From Candidatus Shapirobacteria bacterium GW2011_GWF2_37_20 (GTDB lineage Bacteria > Patescibacteriota > Microgenomatia > UBA12405): a stretch of DNA of 44,309 bases. Within the stretch, counting starts at the first letter, position 1, and every line of letters starts with the position of its first letter. The notes below the pieces were generated by a model. That model had not been told where the DNA came from. It saw nothing but the letters and a program-made list of their open reading frames with translations, and did not search any database. The position numbers and the translations under genes were made by a program. The DNA lies in assembly GCA_000989305.1 (NCBI GenBank), contig LBTB01000013.1:1-44309 (forward strand), given 5' to 3'. Below are positions 7,393-17,509 of the stretch, one piece after another.

Positions 7393-9000
7393 ATGTCCCT
7401 CTTAGATAAATTTCGCTCTTTCGCTCATCACCGTCAAAAAAGTATTTTTTCTGCCACGGTTGTTTTGGCGGTCACTTTTTTGGCCTCAGCTCTTCTGGGT
7501 TTTTTACGTACCCGCTTTCTCTATTCAGCCTTTTTTAAATGCTGTGTTTTGGATCTTGATGCTTACAATGCCGCTTTCCGTATTCCTGATTTGATTTTTA
7601 AATTATTGGTTACCGGTGCTTTATCGGCCTCCTTTATTCCCGTTTTTAGTAGCTATCTTCACAAGAACAAGAAACAAGCCCAGCTTATGGCCTCTTCGGT
7701 CATCAACCTACTCCTTCTCATCTTTCTTGGTATTTCCTTAATTGCCTTAATTTTTGCCCATCCTCTGTCCCAGCTTATTGCTAAGGGCTTTTCTCCTTAC
7801 CAAATTGACCTCATGGCATCCTTAACTCGGATTTTGTTAATTGCTCAAATATTTTTTCTCATTAGCAATTTTTTAACAGCCGTTCTTCAGGTCAAACAAA
7901 TCTTTATCATTCCAGCTCTTTCTCCTATTGTTTACAACCTTTTTATAATACTGGGCATTTACACCCTAGCTCCCGCTTTTGGTATTTATGGTGTCGTCTA
8001 TGCTGTCGTCGTTGGTGCCTTCTTCCACATGGCGATTCAGATTCCTTCAATCAGACACATTGGTTTTAATTATTCGCGTGTTGCCAGCTTTAAAATTCCG
8101 GGAGTCCGGGAAATCGTTCGTCTGATGATTCCCAGAACTCTATCCCTGGGTTTAGCAGAAATTGAAAATACTGTGACTTTGTTCTTTGCTTCAACCTTAT
8201 CTGCCGGTTCAATCTCACTTCTTAACTTGGCACTCCAATTAATGTATCTCCCCAGTCGGATTTTTGGTACCACTGTTGGCCAGGCATCCCTTCCGGTACT
8301 TTCAAAAAATATTGCTAAAAACCAATTAGATCTTTTTCGAAATACCGTTCGAAAAACCATTCTTCAAAGCATTTATATTGCCTTTCCTATAGGCGTCTTA
8401 ATCCTGGTTAACCGTCTTCCGATTGTTCGTTTGGCCTTTGGTACCAGGCAATTTCCCTGGTCTGCCACCTTGTTAACAGCCAGAACCTTAGCTTTTTTGA
8501 CCCCAGCCATTGTCTGCCAGGCGGCAATTCAAATCCTCATCCGGTCCTTTTACGCTCTTCACGACACTAAAACTCCTCTTAAAATTTCCGCTCTTTCACT
8601 TTTTTTCAACGTCATTACCAGTTATTTTTTTATTCATTTCACTACTTTGGGAATTGTTGGTTTGGCCATCAGTGCTTCTATCGGTAACTTAGTCCAGTGT
8701 ATTGGACTATTTTGGCTCTTTGTTTTAAGAGTTGACGGTCAAGGTTGGAAAGAAATGTTATTTAGTTTTAATCGAATCCTAATTAGTTCCATTCTTTGTG
8801 GTTTAGTTTCTTGGCTAACCATCCGTTGTTTAGACTTGTTTATCCTTGACACCAGTAAAACAATCAACGTTGTTTTGGTTTTTGGGGCCTCAGTGCTTTC
8901 CGGAGCCTTTTCTTTCCTGGTCTTTACCTGGCTTTTTCATTCACCTGAATTTTTCTATATCAAATCCCATTTCCGTCGCATTTTTCGTTTCCTTTCCTGA
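7393..9000 (+). CDS. murJ: Lipid II flippase MurJ (MviN)
   Basis: LDAYNAAFRIPD, GALSASFIPVF, LP..IFG....ASLP.LS, RSFYALHDTKTP and many TM helices. Confidence 0.95.
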   Translation: MSLLDKFRSFAHHRQKSIFSATVVLAVTFLASALLGFLRTRFLYSAFFKCCVLDLDAYNAAFRIPDLIFKLLVTGALSASFIPVFSSYLHKNKKQAQLMASSVINLLLLIFLGISLIALIFAHPLSQLIAKGFSPYQIDLMASLTRILLIAQIFFLISNFLTAVLQVKQIFIIPALSPIVYNLFIILGIYTLAPAFGIYGVVYAVVVGAFFHMAIQIPSIRHIGFNYSRVASFKIPGVREIVRLMIPRTLSLGLAEIENTVTLFFASTLSAGSISLLNLALQLMYLPSRIFGTTVGQASLPVLSKNIAKNQLDLFRNTVRKTILQSIYIAFPIGVLILVNRLPIVRLAFGTRQFPWSATLLTARTLAFLTPAIVCQAAIQILIRSFYALHDTKTPLKISALSLFFNVITSYFFIHFTTLGIVGLAISASIGNLVQCIGLFWLFVLRVDGQGWKEMLFSFNRILISSILCGLVSWLTIRCLDLFILDTSKTINVVLVFGASVLSGAFSFLVFTWLFHSPEFFYIKSHFRRIFRFLS

Positions 9001-9025
9001 ATCTTTTGTTTATACTGTTAATAGT

Positions 9026-9586
9026 ATGCCTTCAAAAAAGGAGATCTCTTTATTACCTAGCGAGGAAAACAACAACAGTTTTCTGGGTCGTTTTCTTAGG
9101 TGGATTACCAGCGTCGGTCGGGTTGTTATCATTTTCACTGAACTAATAGTTATATTGGCTTTTTTATCCCGTTTTTGGCTGGACAGAAAAAATTCTGATT
9201 TGTCAGAAATTCTTCGTCAACAAAAGGCAATTCTTGCCAGTACCAAAGAATTTGAAGATGACTACACTTCTCTTCAATCCCGTCTCCGTCATATTAAAAA
9301 ATTCTATGCCTCTGAACCCAACTATGTTTATAATCTAAACTCATTAATTCAAAGTTTACCCTCTGGTATCTATTTTCAAAATTTCAATATAAAGAGTGAC
9401 GAAAAGACGTCACAAATCTCTGCCACGGTTGAACTCTATTCCTTTCAGGAAGACGCTATTGTCAACTTTATTACCAATCTCAAGCTCAATCCCGATATTG
9501 ATAGTGTTCAGGTTCAAAAAATCGAGAAAAAAACCAAAGACAGTAAATATTATTTAAGCCTTGCCCTGGCTTTCAAAAAAGTATGA
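9026..9586 (+). CDS. PilN-like type IV pilus alignment protein
   Basis: ISLLP N-terminal motif, TM, coiled coil, L.SL..SLP.GIYF, FITNLK. Start at ATG 9026; the longer ORF-track start lies inside murJ. Confidence 0.7.
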   Translation: MPSKKEISLLPSEENNNSFLGRFLRWITSVGRVVIIFTELIVILAFLSRFWLDRKNSDLSEILRQQKAILASTKEFEDDYTSLQSRLRHIKKFYASEPNYVYNLNSLIQSLPSGIYFQNFNIKSDEKTSQISATVELYSFQEDAIVNFITNLKLNPDIDSVQVQKIEKKTKDSKYYLSLALAFKKV

Positions 9587-10191
9587 TATTTAATCTTAAT
9601 ACATCAAAAATTTCTTCCCAAATAAACCCCCTCTTTGTTTATCTTCAGAAGCAAAAAGAAAACCAGAAGGTTACTAAATTGGTCGAAATTGGAGCCACTT
9701 TTTTTCTTATTTCTTTTTTTATATTTTTTGCTATAAAACCAACCTTTTTAACCATTTCTTCTCTTTTAGGCGATATTAAATCAAAAGAAATATTAAGCAA
9801 GGAACTAAAAACAAAAATCAACGACGTCATTATTGCCCAGGATCTTTTTTCACAGGTCCAGGAGAGATATTATTTGGTTGAATCCAGTCTACCCACCAAT
9901 CCCCGTTTTTCCCAGGCAACTTCTCAAATATTATCTTCATCGCAAAATCATCAGATATTTTTCAACAAAATTGATTTCTTAATGGAGGATTCTAATTCTT
10001 TTTCCACCAACATTAGTACCACCTCTTCCTACTTACCGGCCATTTCCCTTGTTTCCGAGCTTCTTCAAAGTCGCCGACTCATGGCTATTGATAACTTTAC
10101 TTTTTCTTTAAGTAAAAATATTCAGGATCAACGAATTAATATAAATTTACCCTTAAAAATTTATTATTGGCAAAACGATGCGGAAAAATAA
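9583..10191 (+). CDS. PilO-like protein
   Basis: TM ending FAIKPT, coiled coil, SLP..P, L.SRRL..I, C-terminal IYY. ATGA overlap with the pilN-like gene. Confidence 0.65.
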   Translation: MIFNLNTSKISSQINPLFVYLQKQKENQKVTKLVEIGATFFLISFFIFFAIKPTFLTISSLLGDIKSKEILSKELKTKINDVIIAQDLFSQVQERYYLVESSLPTNPRFSQATSQILSSSQNHQIFFNKIDFLMEDSNSFSTNISTTSSYLPAISLVSELLQSRRLMAIDNFTFSLSKNIQDQRININLPLKIYYWQNDAEK

Positions 10192-10387
10192 ATTACCTCA
10201 GTTTTTTGTTTTTTTGAGCGTTTGTACCTTTTTGGCCATTTTTTTCTTCGTTGTTCAACAAAGTTACAACAACCTAATTCGTGCTACTGCCGAAGTCCAA
10301 AGTAGTCCGCTTATTCGTTCCGTTTCACCGGATCTAGAAATAGATGTTTTGGATGAAATCGAAAAAAGACAAGAAATCATTCAATGA
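10178..10387 (+). CDS. Small single-TM hypothetical protein
   Basis: 69 aa with an N-terminal TM; overlaps both neighbours. Confidence 0.65.
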   Translation: MRKNKLPQFFVFLSVCTFLAIFFFVVQQSYNNLIRATAEVQSSPLIRSVSPDLEIDVLDEIEKRQEIIQ

Positions 10388-11585
10388 AAGATAAACGTTT
10401 CCCCACTATTTTAGGTGTTATATTGCTTACCGTAATTTTATTTGCTGGTGTTTATCTCTCAACTAAAACCACCACCTTTCTTTCAAAAGCCAGTAATGTT
10501 TGTGAACCAATAAATCCTCAAATAACAAATTTAACCTATGGTTCATTTGATTTTTCATTTACCACCTCCACCTCTTGTGTTACCACCCTGGTTATCAACA
10601 ATAAGATATATCAGGATTCCTCAACTGTCTCAAATACTCACTATTTTAAAATTGCCAATCTTTCACCTTCCACTTCTTACCAATTCCACCTAATTTCCTC
10701 CGGTATAACCTACTCTCGGCCTGAGTACAGTCTTACTACCACCGTAAAACCGGACTCTCCCATTCCCGCCTCAAACTTAGCTTGGGGAAAAATCCTAAAC
10801 AATAGTGGTGGTCCTGTTTCTGGGGCTATCATCTATTTAACTATTCCCGGATCCCAGGCCTTATCAGCCTTTTCAAATAGGGATGGTAATTGGAATATTT
10901 CTTTTGCCACCAGTTTTAACGAGGGGAAGACCGATTGGTTTTCTCCTGCTTCTCCTGTTGATGAAGATTTAATTGTCTATTCCCCCGACGGTCAGTTAAC
11001 CCAAATAACTAATAGTTCTGACAATAACGATCCCGTACCGGATATTATTGTCGGTCAAAATTATTTTTCAACGAGCTCCACTGTTTCTTTAAATAAAGAC
11101 ACTCTCCTTGGTTCCGGCACCGCCGAAAAGAATTAGAAACGATTTCTACTCCGAAACCCGACATTTTTGGTCGAGGTCCTGCAAACACTACTTTTCAAAT
11201 CAGCCTTGACGGTCTACCTGGTGTGGTTACTGTCGGAAACGACAATGTCTGGCACTGGTCTCCCTCACAAAACTTATCACTTGGTTCACATAAATTAGTT
11301 CTGAGTAATCAAGGTCAAACTATCACTAGGAATTTTTCTGTTTCATTAGACCAAAATTTAGCTTTTACCTCTACCCCTTCGGCCACCCTTGTTCCTACTC
11401 AAAAAATTGTTCCAACCACCCCCACTCTTCCCACAAAGATCCCCACGACTATTCCTACAATCAGAACGGCTAAACCCTCAACTACTTCGGCTCTTTATCA
11501 AAGCGGCGCCACTTTTCCCACCTATTTCTTAATAATTTTATCTTCCCTTCTATTTAGTGTATCCTTATATTATTATCGACGATGA
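10384..11585 (+). pseudogene. FN3/Ig-like surface protein split by a -1 frameshift near 11128 (ORFs 10384-11136 and ~11130-11585)
   Basis: N part: TM, ITNLT..SF..SFTT, THYFKIANLSPSTSY.F (FN3), and a WGKI..SGAIIY..DGNW beta-sandwich. The -1 frame is open from 11097 and reads ETISTPKPDIFGRG..WHWSP..LSLGSH (Ig-like), then a PT linker, LYQSG and a TM. Confidence 0.65.
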
Positions 11586-12457
11586 AAAAATACGGAATAT
11601 TAAGTATCTTATTTCTCTTACTATCTCTAATAGGTGGCCTATATTTAGTAAAAAATATTCAGGATAATCGGAATCGTGCTGAAACTGGTTGTTGGGCTAC
11701 CTGCAATTGTTCCTGTGGCCTGACTTTTTGTGCCGACCCCAATGCACGCGGTTGTCGCTATGAATGTCTTGATAAATGTGGAGAAATTTCCAATTATGGG
11801 TCTTTCACTGACGACCCTTGTGATCAAGTAAGCGCCACTGCAAAATGTCTTACCACCAGGTCTGGCACTATGGATGTTGTCAATCACTATAAATGTCCTG
11901 GCCTTGTTTCTATCCCGGCGGCAGGTTGTTCAAGTAACGTGACAACTTACAGAAATGTTACTAGTGTCTGTGTCGACGAATCTCTGTGTGGTGTCCAACA
12001 AATTGACTATCAGAACTGTTTTGTTTCTTATCTAAAAATATGCAAAGCCCCCACTGACGCCCCAGAAATTATTCGAACTCCTACCTCAACTCCTCGCCCC
12101 ACCTCAACTCCTACACCCGGACCTACCTCAACTCCTCGCCCCACCTCAACCCCGCGGCCAACCAATACCCCAACCCCGCGACCAACCTCCACTCCAATTC
12201 CCACCTCAACCCCAACACCAACAAATACCCCAACTCCCACCCCTGGTCCCACCTCCACCCCCGGCCCTACCTCTACTCCCAGTCCCACCTCAACTCCGGT
12301 CCCGCCAACCAACACCCCGGTTCCTACCGATGTCATTGCCAGTGGCCCAAGCCCCACCAGAATCATTCTTCCAGAATCCGGTATCGAATTTCCTTCCCAA
12401 ATGCTAACCATTTTCGGTGGAATCATCACCTTGCTGGGATTTTTGATATTATTGTAG
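11582..12457 (+). CDS. Cys-rich surface protein with a Pro/Thr stalk and C-terminal LPESG + TM
   Basis: N-terminal signal/TM, many Cys in aa ~36-155, PTSTP repeats, and RIILPESG followed by a hydrophobic tail. Confidence 0.85.
   Translation: MKKYGILSILFLLLSLIGGLYLVKNIQDNRNRAETGCWATCNCSCGLTFCADPNARGCRYECLDKCGEISNYGSFTDDPCDQVSATAKCLTTRSGTMDVVNHYKCPGLVSIPAAGCSSNVTTYRNVTSVCVDESLCGVQQIDYQNCFVSYLKICKAPTDAPEIIRTPTSTPRPTSTPTPGPTSTPRPTSTPRPTNTPTPRPTSTPIPTSTPTPTNTPTPTPGPTSTPGPTSTPSPTSTPVPPTNTPVPTDVIASGPSPTRIILPESGIEFPSQMLTIFGGIITLLGFLILL
12077..12328 (+). repeat. Degenerate tandem repeats encoding PT(S/N)TP(R/T/G) units
   Basis: Recurring ACCTCAACTCCTCGCCCC-like 18-nt units. Confidence 0.85.
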
Positions 12458-12458
12458 T

Positions 12459-13364
12459 GTGTTAGCACTTATTCAGGCACTTCGACCCAATCAGTGGATA
12501 AAAAATTTAAGTCTTTTTGCCGCTGCAATTTTAACCGGTCAACTTTTAAATCCTCAAGTATTTTCTGCCAGCATATTGGCATTTATTTGTTTTTGTCTTT
12601 TGTCATCATCCTCGTATCTGATTAACGACTTACTTGATTTAGACAAAGATCGTCTCCATCCTGTTAAAAAGTTTCGTCCTTTAGCTAGGGGCGCAATAAG
12701 CAAAAGAGATGCTATTTTCCTATCAATAGCATCGGCCCTACTGGGACTCTTTATCGCTCTATTTATTAACCCAACCTTTTTTATCGTTGCCCTTATTTTT
12801 ATTTTAATGCAATATTCCTATTCCTTTTTTATAAAAAAGAAAGCACTCTTGGACATTATGGGAATTGCTTTTTTCTTTATTATCCGGACTTATGCTGGTG
12901 AAGTTGCTACCGGCTATCATTTACCTGTTTGGATTATGCTCGCGGTTATTTTCCTAGCTCTTTTTATTGCCAGTGGTAAACGTCGAAGTGAGTTTTACAG
13001 TACCGGTAAAACAACCCGCAAAGCCCTCGAGGGTTACAACAAAAGTTTACTCAATTTTTACACCACCATTTTTGCTGTTTGTACTTTAATTAGCTATGCC
13101 ATGTTTACATTTTTTACTGAGACAGTCAGATTTGAAGGTATTATTCATGAATTCTTGTTAACTAATTATCCTTCCGCCCTAGATCGAAAGTGGTGGATGG
13201 TAACTTTATTACCGGTTGTTTTTGGCATCATGCGTTATGGTCAAATTATCTTTGAAATGCAGGAAGGGGAACGTCCGGAGAGGATAATTGCCACTGACAT
13301 ACCCCTACTTAGTGCGGTTTTAGTTTGGGGACTGATGATGCTTACTATCATGTATGTCCTTTAA
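12459..13364 (+). CDS. UbiA-family polyprenyl-phosphate phosphoribosyltransferase (DPPR synthase-like)
   Basis: RP.QW.KNL..F, Y.IND..D...DR.HP.K..RPLA.G, YS...K, and KRR.E. GTG start. Confidence 0.85.
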   Translation: MLALIQALRPNQWIKNLSLFAAAILTGQLLNPQVFSASILAFICFCLLSSSSYLINDLLDLDKDRLHPVKKFRPLARGAISKRDAIFLSIASALLGLFIALFINPTFFIVALIFILMQYSYSFFIKKKALLDIMGIAFFFIIRTYAGEVATGYHLPVWIMLAVIFLALFIASGKRRSEFYSTGKTTRKALEGYNKSLLNFYTTIFAVCTLISYAMFTFFTETVRFEGIIHEFLLTNYPSALDRKWWMVTLLPVVFGIMRYGQIIFEMQEGERPERIIATDIPLLSAVLVWGLMMLTIMYVL

Positions 13365-14796
13365 GCACAAAGTTCTTATCCTTATTTTATTAGCTTTAAT
13401 AACCAGATTCCTTGGTCTCAACTGGGGAAACAATTTTTTCTTTCATCCCGATGAAAACAATATGGCTGTGGCTCTTTCCAAACTTAGTCCCCAGAGCCTA
13501 AATCCGCATTTTTTTGCCTATGGTCAATTTCCACTCTATCTTGGTTATTTTTCATTAGAAGTTTTTAATTTACCCAACAACTTTGTAAACTCCATTTTTG
13601 TTCTTCGTTTTTATTCGGCTTTATTTTCCCTTTTGTCTCTTTATTTTTTCTATAAAATTTATCCCAGTCTTTCCTTTGTTCTTCTTCTTATCTTTACACC
13701 AGGCCTGATTCAGTTGGCCCATTTTGGTACCACCGAGAGCTTACTTATTTTGACCTTCTCCATTAATTTATTTTTGGCCAAGTTAATTTTAAAAAAACCC
13801 CACTTTATATTTTTTATTTTTGCCGCGATTAGTACTGCTGTGGCCACAGCTACTAAAATTTCCGGTGCCATCTTTGCCCTTCCGATTGTTTTTGCCGCCA
13901 TTCATATTCGCTCCTGGTATCTTATCCCTTACTTTTTATTGTCACTATTTTTAAGCATTGCTCTGTCGCCTTATAGCATTCTTGCCCTTCCCGATTTTAT
14001 CTCCACCATGAGATATGAAACCCAAGTTGCCACTGGTCTTTTACCGGTTTTTTATACTACGCAATTTCAAAATTCTTTACCTTATATTTTTCAAATCACT
14101 AAAATTTTTCCCTACGTTAATGGTTGGCCTATTTTTCTTTTTGCTCTTTTATCCATACCTTATTTGGTGATAAAAAATAAAAAATACTCAATAATTATTT
14201 TTCTTTCTTCCCTAATCTATTTCTTATATTTTGGGCAACTTTACGTTAAGTGGACTCGTTTTATGTCCCCCTTATTTTTTGTTTTACCGTTTTTTGCCAG
14301 CATCTTTTTAAAACGTTTTCCCAAACTTCTTCCCCTTGCTCTAATTCCCGGAATTATATTTTTTGCTCACTATTTATTTCCTGATACTCGCCTTGTGGCT
14401 TCAAAATATTTAGTTTCCAATTTACCTCAGGAATCTACAGTTCTTTCCGAATCAGGAAATGTTGTCAATCTGCCAGTATTACCAAATGGCTTGAACATTA
14501 ATAATTATGATTTTTACAATTACGATTCCGCCTCCTTGGCAAAAAGTCTTTCTTCCTCTGATTATATTTTGATTCCTTCTCGCCGGGTTTTTAAAAATTA
14601 TGAATTAAATTATTACCAGCATCTCTTTAATGGTAGCTTGGGCTTTCGGGAAATCAAAAGAATTTCACCTCTTTCTGATTTTTTTCTCAACCCGGAAAAT
14701 GCCGAAGAAACTTGGTCAGTATTTGACAGACCCATAATTAGAATCTATCAGAAAAATAACAACTTAACTTTAGACCAATATGAAAATCTTCTCTAA
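13354..14796 (+). CDS. GT-C fold glycosyltransferase (PMT/GT39-like)
   Basis: First-loop FHPDE, NPHFFAYGQFP.Y, IQLAHF.T.E, K.TRFM.P, C-terminal EETWSVFD.P.I.IY and many TMs. Confidence 0.8.
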   Translation: MSFKHKVLILILLALITRFLGLNWGNNFFFHPDENNMAVALSKLSPQSLNPHFFAYGQFPLYLGYFSLEVFNLPNNFVNSIFVLRFYSALFSLLSLYFFYKIYPSLSFVLLLIFTPGLIQLAHFGTTESLLILTFSINLFLAKLILKKPHFIFFIFAAISTAVATATKISGAIFALPIVFAAIHIRSWYLIPYFLLSLFLSIALSPYSILALPDFISTMRYETQVATGLLPVFYTTQFQNSLPYIFQITKIFPYVNGWPIFLFALLSIPYLVIKNKKYSIIIFLSSLIYFLYFGQLYVKWTRFMSPLFFVLPFFASIFLKRFPKLLPLALIPGIIFFAHYLFPDTRLVASKYLVSNLPQESTVLSESGNVVNLPVLPNGLNINNYDFYNYDSASLAKSLSSSDYILIPSRRVFKNYELNYYQHLFNGSLGFREIKRISPLSDFFLNPENAEETWSVFDRPIIRIYQKNNNLTLDQYENLL

Positions 14797-16441
14797 AAAA
14801 AATATACCAAAAATTGTTATTTTTCTTGTATTTATCCTTGCGTTTTTATTACGTATTTATGGTCTAAACTGGGACTCAAATAACCATCTTCACCCAGATG
14901 AGAGATTTTTAACTATGGTGACTGCTGACATAAAACTACCCTCTTCTCTCTCTGAATATTTAAACACTCTTACCTCCCCTCTCAACCCATACAATTATCC
15001 CCAATACCAATTCTTTGTTTACGGCACCTTTCCCTTGTTTCTGGTTAAAACATTGGCAGTATTTCTACATCTTGACAACTATAATCAAATTACCTTGCTT
15101 GGTCGGGTGCTTTCGGCCTTATTTGATTCCGGAAATGTTGTTCTCCTTTACTTTATTGCTAGAAAATTTTTAAAATCTTTTTATAGATATTTACCTTCAC
15201 TGCTCTACGCATTTTTAGTTATCCCTCTCCAGCTTTCTCATTTTTTTGCCGTCGATACTTTTCTTAATTTTTTTATTTTATTAACATTTACCCTATTTTC
15301 ATATAATTTTTTTGCTCTGGCCTTTTTGGCTTTTGGATTAGCTCTTTCGTGTAAAATTTCCGCTATTTACTTTATCCCCATAATCTTTTTATTTTTATTT
15401 AAAAATAAAAATCTAATATCTATTGTCTATTTTTTAATCTCCTTTTTAGCATTTAGGTTTTTTCAACCCTACGCTTTTACTGATATTTTTACCCCCAACC
15501 CTTTGTTTATTAACAACTTAAAAACTTTAGCCTCATACTCTAAACCAGACATTTTCTTTCCTCCTGGAGTCCAATGGATTAATCGCCTTCCTCTGTTAAA
15601 TTCTCTCAAAAACACCGGCGTTTGGGGTTTAGGTTTAGCTGTTTCTTTTCCATTAATATTTTTGTTATTTCGTTTTCTTACTAAATTTAGATTTAAATTT
15701 AATTTAATTTTTATTATTTCTGCCTGGGTTGTTTTATTATTTACCTATCAATCACTCCAAGCCGTACATACCATGCGTTATTTTCTCCCTATTTATCCCT
15801 TTATTTCCTTAATTTTTGTTACCCTACTTTCTCGTTTCAAAATTAAAAAATCGCTAATTATTTATCTTTTAATTATTAATTCATTATATGCAATTGCCTT
15901 TCTGTCGATTTATTCCCGACCTAATTCCCGCGTTCAAGCCTCAGAATGGATTAAGAAAAATATTCCCCAAAATAAAGTTTTAAGTAGTGAATATTGGGAC
16001 GATGCCTTGCCTTTAGGTTATTCTAATTATCAAAATGTTCCTCTTTCCCTTTTTGATCCGGACACTTTAGAAAAATGGGAAATAATCAATCAATCTTTAA
16101 GCCGAGTTGATTATTTAATAATGTCTAGCAATCGTCTGTGGGCATCAATCCCCAGGCTTCCTGATAAATATCCACTTACTTCAGAATTTTATAAAAATCT
16201 TTTTACCGGGGATCTAAATTTTATTAAAATAAAAACTTTTAATTCGTATCCTGGTTTTTCTCTCTCCTTTCTAAAATCTTGTTTCTATCTTGGTCTAAGT
16301 AATTATCCGGGAGTAAGAAACACCTGGTTTGAAAAAGATACGGACTGTCTTTATCCTGGAGTTTACATACGTGACGATACCTCTGAAGAGGCTTTTACGG
16401 TTTACGACCACCCCCAAGTACTAATTTTTCAAAAGAAATAA
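14780..16441 (+). CDS. GT-C fold glycosyltransferase (PMT/GT39-like)
   Basis: HLHPDERFL, FFVYGTFP, QLSHFFAVD, MRYFLPIYP, EYWDDALP and EEAFTVYDHPQV.IF. Confidence 0.82.
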   Translation: MKIFSKKNIPKIVIFLVFILAFLLRIYGLNWDSNNHLHPDERFLTMVTADIKLPSSLSEYLNTLTSPLNPYNYPQYQFFVYGTFPLFLVKTLAVFLHLDNYNQITLLGRVLSALFDSGNVVLLYFIARKFLKSFYRYLPSLLYAFLVIPLQLSHFFAVDTFLNFFILLTFTLFSYNFFALAFLAFGLALSCKISAIYFIPIIFLFLFKNKNLISIVYFLISFLAFRFFQPYAFTDIFTPNPLFINNLKTLASYSKPDIFFPPGVQWINRLPLLNSLKNTGVWGLGLAVSFPLIFLLFRFLTKFRFKFNLIFIISAWVVLLFTYQSLQAVHTMRYFLPIYPFISLIFVTLLSRFKIKKSLIIYLLIINSLYAIAFLSIYSRPNSRVQASEWIKKNIPQNKVLSSEYWDDALPLGYSNYQNVPLSLFDPDTLEKWEIINQSLSRVDYLIMSSNRLWASIPRLPDKYPLTSEFYKNLFTGDLNFIKIKTFNSYPGFSLSFLKSCFYLGLSNYPGVRNTWFEKDTDCLYPGVYIRDDTSEEAFTVYDHPQVLIFQKK

Positions 16442-17486
16442 CACTCTGTATTCCTCAATCGTTTTTTTATAATCAAAAAGCTTTTTTGATAATACTTTTT
16501 TCCGTTTTTTAAAACTATATTAATTTTTTTTGCCAGGTCATCAACGTTTTTGATTTCACAAATTTCACCCATTCCGGTCATTTGCACTGGCACCCTAACC
16601 CCCGGTAAGTTTGAGGCCACCACAGGAACCCCGCATTTCATCGCTTCAGCTTGCACTATCCCAAAAGTCTCTAAATTATTAATACTTGGTAATACCAAAC
16701 AATCAATATTTTTATAAAAAGTACTTAAATTATCGTGTTCAATTGCCCCCACTAGCTCTATTTTTTTACCTAAATTATTTTTTTATCACCAACAACATTT
16801 TTGTATGGTCCGGCCAATATTAATTTTGCATTTACGTTTTTCATCGCCTGAATTAAATAAGTTAATCCTTTCTCCCAAGCAATTCTCCCCACAAATCCCA
16901 CAACTTTCTCATGATTTTTTAACTCAAGTTTCTTCTTTCTCGTTTCTTTTTCTATTTTTATCGGTGGCAAAATATATATAACTTTTTTCAAAAACATTTT
17001 TAAAAACAACGAGTTTTTAGCATAATCTTCAGTGTAGGCTACTATTTTATCAGCCCAAAAGTAGGTCAAAAAATGACTGGGAAAAGAGAAGATGGCTATT
17101 AACTTATTAGATAAAGTTCCGCCAAATGCAAACTCACAATGATGTGTAATTATTAGCTTTTTCCCAAGAAACCTCGACCACAGAGCTAACCAAAATGCTT
17201 CCATTGAAGGTAGGTGACAATTGATAATCTCATTTCTTTTCACTGCCTTAAAACTAAGTATCGGGTATCGCCACATAAAAAAGCCCTTATTGATTTGCCA
17301 ACCATCAACCCGTTCAATTTTTATTTCGCCAATTTTTTCTTTTTTAAGTAATTCTTTCTTAAATCTGGCCGTGATTATCTCAATATTATTATTTTTACTA
17401 AACTCCTCTGCCAATATTTTGGCGTATTCACTCACCCCAGAAATGTTTGGACGATAGTAGGTTACTCCGATTAAGATTCTCTTCAT
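16429..17486 (-). pseudogene. GT4 (GT-B) glycosyltransferase split by a frameshift at an A7 run (16778-16784)
   Basis: N part has YYRP.ISG and FVGRIA.EKGL.YLI.A. C part has LVLPSIN..ETFGIVQAEAM.CG.PVVASNLPGVR. One extra A joins them into ~352 aa. Confidence 0.8.
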
Positions 17487-17509
17487 AAAGTTGATACAAT
17501 TATCTCATT

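Noticed and set aside
8846-9025. ORF-track N-terminal extensions (pilN-like 8846, metG 6992, PAP2 18493, gatC 24283, gatB 26121, nusA 37967, infB 38892, 41096 ORF)
   Set aside because: They overlap upstream genes or hairpins. Downstream ATGs match the family N-termini and/or the -10 spacing.
12077-12328. Repeats as a possible CRISPR array
   Set aside because: They are in-frame degenerate coding repeats with no unique spacers, and no cas genes are present.
12028-12468. 146-aa minus-strand ORF of GVEVG repeats
   Set aside because: It is the antisense shadow of the PT repeats in the + strand surface protein.
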